UHGV virus genome: UHGV-0324072
Direction: 5' to 3' (one strand)
Length of the DNA stretch: 43,215 bases
Source of the DNA: a virus
The position numbers and the translations under genes were made by a program. The stretch's first letter is position 1. Every line of letters begins with the position of its first letter. Positions 1-7,254 of the stretch are shown here, in pieces. A model generated the notes under the pieces. That model was given only the letters and a program-made list of their open reading frames with translations. It made no database searches and was not told where the DNA came from.

Positions 1-612
1 ACCGAGAGCGTAAAGCATAAGCTGCTTGTTTTCTTTCGCTTCGACGCGATGCCGTCCTGTTTTAAGGTCGCCGATAATGAGCATCGCGGAGTTACTTTCA
101 CCTGTAAAGCCTTCTATAACCGCCACTAAGTCGGCTGTCCCGAATGTCTCTAAATCATCCTCCTTACCTTCTTCACTCTCAGCAGGTACTTTGTAGCCCG
201 GATGCAATACCTCAGTAAGATTGACACGCATTTCCAGCTTGGCGTAAGTCGCTACATCGATAATCGCTTTGCAGTAGTCGGTGTACTTGCGAACCTGTTC
301 AATCATGTCAGCCGTAATCAGTACCGCGCCTTTCATAGGGCTGATTAACGCCTTAATCTGGCCTTTTCCTTCGTCCAGTACATAAGCGCCGACTTCACGT
401 TCTAATGGCAACGCAGTGCCTTTGATGTACTGGTTAAGGTGTATCTCGGCTATGGTGTGCATTGCCGTGCCTAATATCGCAGCTTTACCGGACGTGTCAG
501 GAATATCCTTTTCACAGGCCAGTGATGCGGCGCAGGTTAACCACTTTTTAGCACCTGACGGTGACAGTAAGGCGTGTACGTCGTTATTGCCGCCGCGTTC
601 TTTTAGAATCAT
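1..612 (-). CDS. DUF2800-family PD-(D/E)xK (Cas4/RecB-like) nuclease, N-terminal part; ORF runs off window start and continues in frame at 42547..43215
   Basis: ATG at 612 (RBS GGAGAG upstream); translation MILKERGGNNDVHALLSPSGAKKWLTCAASLACE...; no stop before position 1; family call from motif memory. Confidence 0.6.
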   Translation of the reverse strand, partial: MILKERGGNNDVHALLSPSGAKKWLTCAASLACEKDIPDTSGKAAILGTAMHTIAEIHLNQYIKGTALPLEREVGAYVLDEGKGQIKALISPMKGAVLITADMIEQVRKYTDYCKAIIDVATYAKLEMRVNLTEVLHPGYKVPAESEEGKEDDLETFGTADLVAVIEGFTGESNSAMLIIGDLKTGRHRVEAKENKQLMLYALG

Positions 613-956
613 CGTAAACTCTCCAAATACAAGTTTAATGCCTGTAGCTGTTCTTCTGTGGGGATGAAAGAATCATCACGATGTAAGTCGCTTAACTGTT
701 GCAGCATTCCTGCGAACTTACGTCTTGCGTCAACAGTGGCCATGTGATGCTTTTCGCTTTTGTATATTAATGTTTTCGGGTAATCCTCAAGTCTTCCAGA
801 CGATTTATTCACGCGGAGTGCTCGAGCTTCATGCGCAATGTGGATGTACTTTTTGCCGTTTTGTAGCACAGTAGCTACGCCGCTGTTCTTTCTGCGGTCA
901 CCGACGGTGTAAACCTTGTCACCACTACGCAGATTAAGCCACCATTTATCCGTCAT
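609..956 (-). CDS. hypothetical protein (115 aa)
   Basis: ORF track 609..971; ATG at 956 overlaps upstream stop (ATGA); stop overlaps start of nuclease gene. Confidence 0.5.
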   Translation of the reverse strand: MTDKWWLNLRSGDKVYTVGDRRKNSGVATVLQNGKKYIHIAHEARALRVNKSSGRLEDYPKTLIYKSEKHHMATVDARRKFAGMLQQLSDLHRDDSFIPTEEQLQALNLYLESLR

Positions 957-1225
957 ACCCGGTTCTCCCACTGGTCAATTAAATGTCGTGTCTTGTGGTC
1001 ACAATGCATCGCCCAGCTATACATCGACTCGAAGACATAAAAGTCACTTTTAACGAATGTCGTGCGCTTAATCTGCGACAGGTGACGGCCTATATCTTTC
1101 GGCTTCGGTACTTTGCCGAGGTAGGCCATCTCTTCCATCTGGTGCGCGCCGGACGGCGCACGCAACAGCCACAACGCCTCTGTGTTACCCCGTCGGTCAA
1201 TACCTCGGTAGAGTTGGTAAATCAT
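953..1225 (-). CDS. hypothetical protein (90 aa)
   Basis: ORF track; ATG at 1225 with GAGGG RBS; coupled to downstream gene. Confidence 0.5.
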   Translation of the reverse strand: MIYQLYRGIDRRGNTEALWLLRAPSGAHQMEEMAYLGKVPKPKDIGRHLSQIKRTTFVKSDFYVFESMYSWAMHCDHKTRHLIDQWENRV

Positions 1226-1268
1226 ATTACGACCCTCTGTTAAAGCGGCCCGGAGGCCGCCAGATAAA

Positions 1269-1769
1269 TTATTCTTCTTCGAAATACTTGTTCTTAATCG
1301 CCGTCAGGCGTTTCAGGTATTCAGCCAGGTCTTCGTCTTTAATCGCGGCAATCTTCATTTTCTTACCGGTGAACTCCTCCAGCAGTTCATCGGAATCGTC
1401 GCACGCAGCATCGCTAGGACCCTCGTTAATTGCATCGTCGATAGTCTGAATCTGGTCACGAAGAGACTGGTAATCGACCTCTTCTTTCTCTTCTTCTGGT
1501 TCTGGAGTCGGCTCCTCTACTTTAGCTTTACGCGGCTTGCGTTTCGGCTTCTCTTCTTCTGCTGGTTTAGCGTCAACGATGTCTTCACCTTCAACAGGGA
1601 TTTCTTTTGTTGCTTCTTTTTCGCACTCAGCTACCGCTTCTTTGGTATACACTACCGTCTCTACTTCTAACGGCGCTGCAACTTGTGCTGACTGTTTCGC
1701 ACTGTTCGCAGCAATCAGTTCATGTGCAACTACGAAACGTTCCAGTAATTTTAAGAATTGTTCTAACAT
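1269..1769 (-). CDS. acidic hypothetical protein (166 aa), first gene behind promoter at 1801..1829
   Basis: ORF track; ATG at 1769 with strong RBS (rc GAGAGGAGAGAAACAA); Glu/Asp-rich. Confidence 0.55.
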   Translation of the reverse strand: MLEQFLKLLERFVVAHELIAANSAKQSAQVAAPLEVETVVYTKEAVAECEKEATKEIPVEGEDIVDAKPAEEEKPKRKPRKAKVEEPTPEPEEEKEEVDYQSLRDQIQTIDDAINEGPSDAACDDSDELLEEFTGKKMKIAAIKDEDLAEYLKRLTAIKNKYFEEE

Positions 1770-1800
1770 TTGTTTCTCTCCTCTCGTTTGGTATGGGCTA

Positions 1801-1829
1801 ACTATAATAGCGAACTATTCACATGTCAA
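1801..1829 (-). promoter_or_regulatory. sigma70-like promoter (minus strand): -35 TTGACA, 17-bp spacer with ATAGTTCGCTAT palindrome, -10 TATAGT
   Basis: rc of 1801..1829 reads TTGACA-N17-TATAGT; same architecture at 38774..38802 and 42333..42361. Confidence 0.55.
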
Positions 1830-1893
1830 TGGGCTTTTCTAAAATAATTAATATGGTACTATTCACATATCAACTGACTAAGGAGTAATTGAC

Positions 1894-2109
1894 ATGCAAC
1901 CATCTGAACTAGGCATCCGTGTAGAACAACGCCGCAAAGAACTCGGCATCTCCCAGCGCCGTTTGGCGGCCCTGACCGGCGTTTCCCAGGGCGCGATTAA
2001 CCAACTGGCACTTGGAGTAACTCAGGACGTCCGCCCGGCAACGCTGTTCAAACTGGCGGAAGTTCTGGAAGTAGACGCCAAGTGGCTGGCGTTAGGTGAA
2101 GGGGCTTAA
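1894..2109 (+). CDS. XRE/Cro-type helix-turn-helix transcriptional regulator (71 aa)
   Basis: ORF track; ELGISQRRLAALTGVSQGAINQL HTH-like segment; RBS AAGGAG 9 nt upstream. Confidence 0.6.
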   Translation: MQPSELGIRVEQRRKELGISQRRLAALTGVSQGAINQLALGVTQDVRPATLFKLAEVLEVDAKWLALGEGA

Positions 2110-2124
2110 AGCCCCTTTCTTTTT
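2101..2124 (+). terminator. rho-independent terminator after XRE gene
   Basis: GGGGCT-taa-AGCCCC hairpin followed by TTTCTTTTT. Confidence 0.55.
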
Positions 2125-2126
2125 AC

Positions 2127-4361
2127 CTATTCCAAATCCTCCTCTGTCACCACCAGCATCTCATTTGGTTCGTATAGTGTCTTCGGCCTTAATCTATCCC
2201 CTATTCTTTCGGGTATACGATATGTTCTCGGTACTACTTCGCCGTTAGCATCGCAACCAAGCATTAGTTCTCCATCTTTCAACATTTTATCAAGATGGGT
2301 GTTAGTCACAGAGAAGTCACCGGAACGAGCCACTATCTGCTGCTGAGTAAAACCGCGACCTGTGTCATCTGACTGTTGCAGGTCTTCCAGTGCCGAAAGT
2401 ATTGACTCCTTCCTTACTTCATCCCTGCCGCGTTTAACTTCTTCCTTTACTTTTTGCTTACCTTCTTTCGTCAACCCTTCTTCCCGCTCTTTCTCCTCGT
2501 CAGTTTTGAACGGCTCGAAACCCCACGGCATCAACACAAGCGCCTTGTGTGGTTCAGGAAGGTCCAGGTTTACGATTGTGCCGTATTCTTCTGTGCCCCC
2601 CAGGAACTCAACCGCACGGTACTCTTTCGGCGGCGGAGCTTCGCGGAACTGCACAGACTCCAGCACCATGCCAACCGTTTTCTGTTGAGGACCGTGCTTA
2701 AATTTCGAGTGGTATACGTTTATTTGACGGTCGGTTGCACGTTCGATTGTCAGTTCCACGTCAACACCCGCATACAGCGCCCCACTGCCGCGTGCTTTCT
2801 TTCCGCCCTTCTGCGTATGGTGGACAACGCCTACTGCGGCTTTAGTTGCATCGCGTACTTCTTTCAGAATGGCGATAACTTTACCCATGCCGATTGCTGT
2901 TGATGAACTGTTCTCGTCGAACTTATCAATCGTCAGTGCCAGGGTCTGGTTAAGGGTGTCGAACGCAACCATGCCAATTGGCTCGTCGCCAGCAGTTTCG
3001 CGCATTAACTTAATCAGGCTTTTAAGTTTGCCGACTTCGCCCATATCGATGACGTGTACATAATCTTTACCTTCCCCGCCATATTTAGCCGCTAGTGCAT
3101 CAATACGGGTGCGTGTAGCTGCGCCACCCTCACCATCAATATAGAAATGGTGGCAACGCTGGGTATCCGCCCCCGCAAACCTGTACCCGGCGGCGCTGAG
3201 GTACATCATCCCCAGCGTATAGAACGATTTGTACGTGCCAGATTCCCCGACGATATCCCAGATACAATCCGACGGCATGTACCCCTCAACGACGAAATCA
3301 GCCTTTACCGGCTCCGGTAACTCGTCCCCCTCTGAGTCCTCCTCTGAGTCCTCGTCGTCTTCCAGGTCGTCGAGGCTGCAAGTTACTGGGTCCTCGTTCT
3401 CTGTGCGGTGTAGTTCTTCAATCTCTTCTTCCGGTAAATCAGGCAGAGCCGCACGAATGCTGTTAATGCTGATAGGTTGCTTGTCTACGTTAAGCTCGTC
3501 TGGCAGGCCGCACATACGCAGGGCCAAATGCTGTCGGCGGTTAAGCTCGGTGCAAGCGCCGTTGTTTGTATGCTGGCAGACAAAGCGCACTTCTTTACCG
3601 TCGAGCATTATGCTGGTGGAGCCCTTGCCTGTATGCAGATGTTCGTTAGGGCATGGCACTTCGTACCCGCGCCCGGAAGATAAAGCGTCAAGGCCAAGCT
3701 CGGCTTCGCAGAAGTGTGCTATATCCGCGTTAAGCCCATGCTCATCAGCGGCAAGTGTTTTAGCCTCACGCTTACGCAACCCCATCTCTTCGGCTTTCTT
3801 GATGTACCGCTCGGCACGGATAACACGCCCTTCTGTAACCGTTATCTTCGACTCTTTGTGCGGCAGGTAGATAAGGCGGTTGCCATCTTCCGTGCAGTGG
3901 TCGCGCAACGCTTCGTCTATTTCTAACTCTGCACAAATAGCACGTTGCACCATCCACGCGTCGTTAGAGTTAAACGGCGTGCGAGCTGGAACCAGAACGC
4001 GGAAAGCGTAATCTCCGTTTTTACACACATGCTGATGCGATGCCGTTGTATGCAGAATATTGAAGAACGGTGCGTTCTTGAATTTGCGGGTAAGGTCGCG
4101 GTACTGAGTACGGTTGAGATGGTCAAAATCGAACTTAACCACACTGTCTTCCAGAATAGCGTTCTTACGGCGACCGCCAACAGGCGCAATAGCTTTCTGT
4201 TTAATCTTGGCCGCGTCGTACTCTTCCTTAGTCCATGACGGGTCCACGGATAAACGCTTCGATGTATCGCAGACATACTCCACAAACTGCTCGAGCGGCA
4301 TCTCACGCGCTACAGGGTTTTTATCGAATGTGTTACGCAGCGTTGCAAAAACAATATTCAT
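2127..4361 (-). CDS. DNA primase/helicase fusion (N-terminal primase-polymerase-like region, C-terminal RecA-fold replicative helicase)
   Basis: 744-aa ORF; Walker A-like GESGTYKSF, RecA/DnaB-like helicase segment; Cys/His-rich zinc-binding-like central region; C-terminus VVTEEDLE. Confidence 0.7.
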   Translation of the reverse strand: MNIVFATLRNTFDKNPVAREMPLEQFVEYVCDTSKRLSVDPSWTKEEYDAAKIKQKAIAPVGGRRKNAILEDSVVKFDFDHLNRTQYRDLTRKFKNAPFFNILHTTASHQHVCKNGDYAFRVLVPARTPFNSNDAWMVQRAICAELEIDEALRDHCTEDGNRLIYLPHKESKITVTEGRVIRAERYIKKAEEMGLRKREAKTLAADEHGLNADIAHFCEAELGLDALSSGRGYEVPCPNEHLHTGKGSTSIMLDGKEVRFVCQHTNNGACTELNRRQHLALRMCGLPDELNVDKQPISINSIRAALPDLPEEEIEELHRTENEDPVTCSLDDLEDDEDSEEDSEGDELPEPVKADFVVEGYMPSDCIWDIVGESGTYKSFYTLGMMYLSAAGYRFAGADTQRCHHFYIDGEGGAATRTRIDALAAKYGGEGKDYVHVIDMGEVGKLKSLIKLMRETAGDEPIGMVAFDTLNQTLALTIDKFDENSSSTAIGMGKVIAILKEVRDATKAAVGVVHHTQKGGKKARGSGALYAGVDVELTIERATDRQINVYHSKFKHGPQQKTVGMVLESVQFREAPPPKEYRAVEFLGGTEEYGTIVNLDLPEPHKALVLMPWGFEPFKTDEEKEREEGLTKEGKQKVKEEVKRGRDEVRKESILSALEDLQQSDDTGRGFTQQQIVARSGDFSVTNTHLDKMLKDGELMLGCDANGEVVPRTYRIPERIGDRLRPKTLYEPNEMLVVTEEDLE
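2130..2147. repeat. 18-bp exact repeat TTCCAAATCCTCCTCTGT (second copy 42550..42567), encoding C-terminal TEEDLE of two replication proteins
   Basis: identical nucleotide strings at both gene 3' ends. Confidence 0.8.
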
Positions 4362-4486
4362 TTCTTTTTCTCCGCACGTTCTAAGGCTTCCTGCATACGG
4401 CGCATTGCGCGGTTCATCTTTACCGGTGCGAAGAAGTCAGCGCCGTGTTTCTGGCGGCGTAGCTGTGGAACTATTAACTTTGTCAT
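4358..4486 (-). CDS. small basic protein (42 aa) translationally coupled to primase/helicase start
   Basis: ATG at 4486 with AAGGA RBS; stop overlaps primase ATG (ATGA); below the 60-aa track cutoff. Confidence 0.35.
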   Translation of the reverse strand: MTKLIVPQLRRQKHGADFFAPVKMNRAMRRMQEALERAEKKK

Positions 4487-4526
4487 TGTATAATCCTTAT
4501 GCTTACTTTGATGATTTGTACTTTAG

Positions 4527-4558
4527 CCCCGACGTTCTGGCGTTGGGGTTTCTTTTTA
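4527..4558 (+). terminator. plus-strand hairpin plus T-run inside a minus-strand gene block
   Basis: CCCCGACG-ttctgg-CGTTGGGG then TTTCTTTTT; T-run only on plus strand. Confidence 0.3.
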
Positions 4559-4846
4559 CCGTTTAGCCAACCCTTCCAGCAAATTTTTATACTCTTCAAA
4601 ATATTCCTCGACCAAATCATCGCCGAAATAGAAGTCGATATACTCGAGATTATCTCTTACGTTAAGCGATGCCGACATGGTGCTTAGTTGGCGTAAGCTA
4701 ATTAGCTTCATTTCTGTTTCTACGCAGAAAGGCCGGTAGGTATCAAGATGGCAAGAGATATTGAAGCATAAAGCGAACTCTCCGGCCACGGAGTGAACCA
4801 TATACACTTCGTTTTCTGCTTTATTGTGGAAAATTACGCCTTTCAT
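4556..4846 (-). CDS. hypothetical protein (96 aa), coupled to AlpA-like regulator gene
   Basis: ORF track; ATG 4846 overlaps stop of upstream gene (ATGA). Confidence 0.5.
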   Translation of the reverse strand: MKGVIFHNKAENEVYMVHSVAGEFALCFNISCHLDTYRPFCVETEMKLISLRQLSTMSASLNVRDNLEYIDFYFGDDLVEEYFEEYKNLLEGLAKR

Positions 4847-5025
4847 TTCACGTTCTCCTTAATCCATGCTTCGACTTTATTACGGTCAAATGTTCCCGGT
4901 AAACGGCGGCCCATAACCTTAATACAGCAGTCAGGGAATTTGCCGCTGCGCAACCAGTTATTAATGGTCTGACGTGTCACCCCGATACGCTCGGCTACCT
5001 CATTCTGTGTCATGTAATGTTGCAT
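4843..5025 (-). CDS. AlpA/excisionase-family HTH DNA-binding protein (60 aa)
   Basis: ATG at 5025 (RBS AGGGGA); MTQNEVAERIGVTRQTINNWLRSGKFP typical AlpA-type HTH; track start is an upstream alternative codon. Confidence 0.55.
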   Translation of the reverse strand: MQHYMTQNEVAERIGVTRQTINNWLRSGKFPDCCIKVMGRRLPGTFDRNKVEAWIKENVK

Positions 5026-5056
5026 TTTTATATCCCCTGTTTGTTTAGTGAAACCG

Positions 5057-5085
5057 AGTATAGGATAGCGGGAATGTAAAAGCAA
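5057..5085 (-). promoter_or_regulatory. candidate sigma70 promoter for AlpA-like operon (TTGCTT-N17-TATACT, minus strand)
   Basis: rc of 5057..5085. Confidence 0.4.
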
Positions 5086-5122
5086 CCAATCCCTGCAATA
5101 TTTAATCTTTACAAAAAAGTTA

Positions 5123-5152
5123 TTGAAAGTTCTTGACACATGTTTGTATAAT
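5123..5152 (+). promoter_or_regulatory. candidate sigma70 promoter (TTGAAA-N18-TATAAT) facing a 350-bp ORF-free region
   Basis: TTGAAA 5123..5128, TATAAT 5147..5152. Confidence 0.45.
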
Positions 5153-5159
5153 GGTTTTG

Positions 5160-5380
5160 GGACTTGTATATATTACGGAGTTGACGAACCCTCCCCGAGG
5201 GATTCGTCAACCCCTCCCAGACAGCTGAGATGCTTGCCTTGTGGTTTAAGGATAAGTGTATCTAAATCTCATTTAAAGAAGTAACCCGCTGAAATATCTA
5301 CTGTTTCTTAATGTGCCGTAGATTCGCAACCGTAAAAATGTAACGATTATTGGGCAGGCCCTAAGCCTGCCCTTTAGTTA
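5160..5380 (+). ncRNA. candidate small non-coding RNA between promoter 5123..5152 and terminator 5353..5380
   Basis: no ORF over 11 codons on plus strand; 13-bp stem-loop 5181..5210 near the 5' end; GGGCAGGC-ctaa-GCCTGCCC plus TTTAGTT terminator at 3' end. Confidence 0.25.
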
Positions 5381-5444
5381 CCAAGTAATAAGAATAAAGG
5401 CACAACAGTTTCGAAAGAATCACAACGGCAACGTAACTATTCTC

Positions 5445-5473
5445 TTGCACACCACAACATAATAGGATACTAT
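5445..5473 (+). promoter_or_regulatory. early promoter, class TTGCAC-N17-TACTATTCA
   Basis: TTGCAC 5445..5450, TACTAT 5468..5473. Confidence 0.5.
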
Positions 5474-5507
5474 TCACTTATCGAAACGAGACAGAGGAGT
5501 GAGGGTT

Positions 5508-5699
5508 ATGTTTAAGAAGGGTCAGTTGGTTAAAACTAAACGCGGATGGCAATATGTATTAGTGTTGCAGGACGAGAGCGAGTATGACGAGGATAATCTG
5601 GTTGACGTATGGGGTCTGGTAAGAAAGAAAACTGGGTTCGCCTCCCGCGATAATTTAGAACTCATCGGCAACAATTTTAAATTCAAAGGGGCGAAGTGA
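5508..5699 (+). CDS. hypothetical protein (63 aa)
   Basis: ATG 5508 behind GAGGAGTGAGGG RBS; track start at 5499 is GTG. Confidence 0.45.
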   Translation: MFKKGQLVKTKRGWQYVLVLQDESEYDEDNLVDVWGLVRKKTGFASRDNLELIGNNFKFKGAK

Positions 5700-5935
5700 T
5701 GCAAATCATAATTACGGATAACACAGTTGCCTACGAAAAAGGTGGCGACAATACTCTGGAAAGAATAGGCGTAAATATAGGTGACGTTTTTGATGTGCTT
5801 GGTACTGTATCAGGCGGTTGGTGGATTAAGGTTGGACACAACAAAGTGCCAGTAACTAAGGCCGAAGCGGAAATATACACAACGGCATCGAATCATGATG
5901 CTCGTGCCAACGACTCTGAGGGAGGTTGCCGTTAA
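5699..5935 (+). CDS. hypothetical protein (78 aa)
   Basis: ATG 5699 overlaps upstream stop (TGATG). Confidence 0.45.
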   Translation: MQIIITDNTVAYEKGGDNTLERIGVNIGDVFDVLGTVSGGWWIKVGHNKVPVTKAEAEIYTTASNHDARANDSEGGCR

Positions 5936-6126
5936 TGAGAATTCGTATAACTGATGTTGATTATGTGGACCCGCGCGATGGTGACGATTTGCCGCTTAGT
6001 TACTGGGGCGTTGCAGTAGGAGATGAGTTTGAGGTTACACACGCCGGTTCCGCTATGTTCATTATTGAACGTGACGCGGGGTATGTAGTTGTGTATGCAA
6101 GTGAATGCGAAGTTCTGGAGGACTAA
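5935..6126 (+). CDS. hypothetical protein (63 aa)
   Basis: ATG 5935 overlaps upstream stop (TAATG); RBS GAGGGAGG. Confidence 0.45.
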   Translation: MRIRITDVDYVDPRDGDDLPLSYWGVAVGDEFEVTHAGSAMFIIERDAGYVVVYASECEVLED

Positions 6127-6129
6127 GTT

Positions 6130-6273
6130 ATGAGAGAAGCATTCGAACGATGGGCCGTAGTCGAGGGTCTGCCGGTTAACAAGGGTTCGAAGAAAGAGTA
6201 CCTGAACGTTAAGACGCGTCTTGCGTGGCGGGCGTGGAAAGCTGGTGCGCAAGCTGTGATGAATAAGGGGTGA
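6130..6273 (+). CDS. small hypothetical protein (47 aa)
   Basis: ATG 6130, GGAGGA RBS about 10 nt upstream; fills gap between tracked ORFs. Confidence 0.35.
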   Translation: MREAFERWAVVEGLPVNKGSKKEYLNVKTRLAWRAWKAGAQAVMNKG

Positions 6274-6276
6274 TTT

Positions 6277-6516
6277 ATGGGCGAGTGGATTAAGTGTAGT
6301 GAGATGCTGCCAGGTAATGGGTATACAGATAAAGAGTTCCTGGTGTATGAAACGTTAAATAACGCAGTTCAACACGATTATTACATCGTTCCTGATGACG
6401 GGAGAAAGCCTTTCTGGAATAACTACGATAAGTACGTGACGCACTGGATGCCGTTACCCGAGCCGCCAGAAGTGTTATGTTATACTGTAACAATAGTTTG
6501 GGATTTTACTGAGTGA
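6277..6516 (+). CDS. DUF551-like phage protein (79 aa)
   Basis: ORF track; C-terminal THWMPLPEPP motif recalled as DUF551 signature. Confidence 0.45.
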   Translation: MGEWIKCSEMLPGNGYTDKEFLVYETLNNAVQHDYYIVPDDGRKPFWNNYDKYVTHWMPLPEPPEVLCYTVTIVWDFTE

Positions 6517-6518
6517 CC

Positions 6519-6555
6519 TACGCTGCTACACAGCAGCGTATCATTTTTCTCATTT
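6519..6555 (+). terminator. rho-independent terminator
   Basis: TACGCTGCT-acac-AGCAGCGTA then TCATTTTTCTCATTTTTG. Confidence 0.55.
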
Positions 6556-6633
6556 TTGTTCTATTTCACCAAACGCAACAATCGAAGCGACTATTGCGGG
6601 AGACGCAACAATACAAACACCAATAAAATTTAC

Positions 6634-6662
6634 TTGCACGCTGGGATAGAATAGGCTACTAT
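6634..6662 (+). promoter_or_regulatory. early promoter, class TTGCAC-N17-TACTATTCA
   Basis: TTGCAC 6634..6639, TACTAT 6657..6662. Confidence 0.5.
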
Positions 6663-6691
6663 TCATTTACACAAACGAGAGGAGAGATAAT

Positions 6692-6961
6692 ATGGTACAG
6701 AGATATGAGGTAAAAGCGTGGGGCCTGCCAGAGCCTGAGATGGCTGAGTACGCATACGGCGATTATGTAGAGTACGACAGCTATAAGGAACTGGACGACT
6801 ATTACCAGGAACGTCTAGCCGACGCCGACAAGGAAATAGAAGGGCTTGTGTCGAGACTGGCAGAAGTAAACGCCGAGCTACAGAAATACAAAGACCAGTA
6901 CCCTGATTACGTCGAGTGCGCGAACTGCGGGTCGGTTACACATGTGGAGGGGGTGGAGTGA
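6692..6961 (+). CDS. hypothetical protein (89 aa)
   Basis: ORF track; RBS GAGGAGAG. Confidence 0.5.
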   Translation: MVQRYEVKAWGLPEPEMAEYAYGDYVEYDSYKELDDYYQERLADADKEIEGLVSRLAEVNAELQKYKDQYPDYVECANCGSVTHVEGVE

Positions 6962-7254
6962 TGTCGTTAGCAACTGACATCCTGAAACGAAGCGGCCTTG
7001 CGCCGCTGTCACCGAGAGCGAAGACACGTATACACAAGCGTCGCCGTAACGTGCTGTACCCAGAGATACAAGAACGGCGTAAAGCTATCCGCGCCTGTGG
7101 ATTCCAGAACGGAAAGGCCGTGAATCTCGGTGAGTTTAAAACAAAGGAACGCGCAGCTATCGCGAACCGGCTATTTAATTACTGGAAATCGCTGGGGTAC
7201 GATGATATTCCGACGAAACCACAGAGACGACAATACATCTGGAGACATAAATGA
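6961..7254 (+). CDS. basic hypothetical protein (97 aa)
   Basis: ATG 6961 overlapping upstream stop; track start 6916 is an alternative codon. Confidence 0.45.
   Translation: MSLATDILKRSGLAPLSPRAKTRIHKRRRNVLYPEIQERRKAIRACGFQNGKAVNLGEFKTKERAAIANRLFNYWKSLGYDDIPTKPQRRQYIWRHK

Noticed and set aside
1245-1260. GCGGCC-cgga-GGCCGC hairpin between two minus-strand genes as a terminator
   Set aside because: No U-run on either strand after the stem; more likely an intercistronic structure than a terminator.
3229-3870. 213-aa plus-strand ORF antisense to the primase/helicase gene
   Set aside because: Ser-rich low-complexity translation, no RBS, entirely inside a well-supported gene on the other strand; typical antisense open frame in GC-balanced coding DNA.
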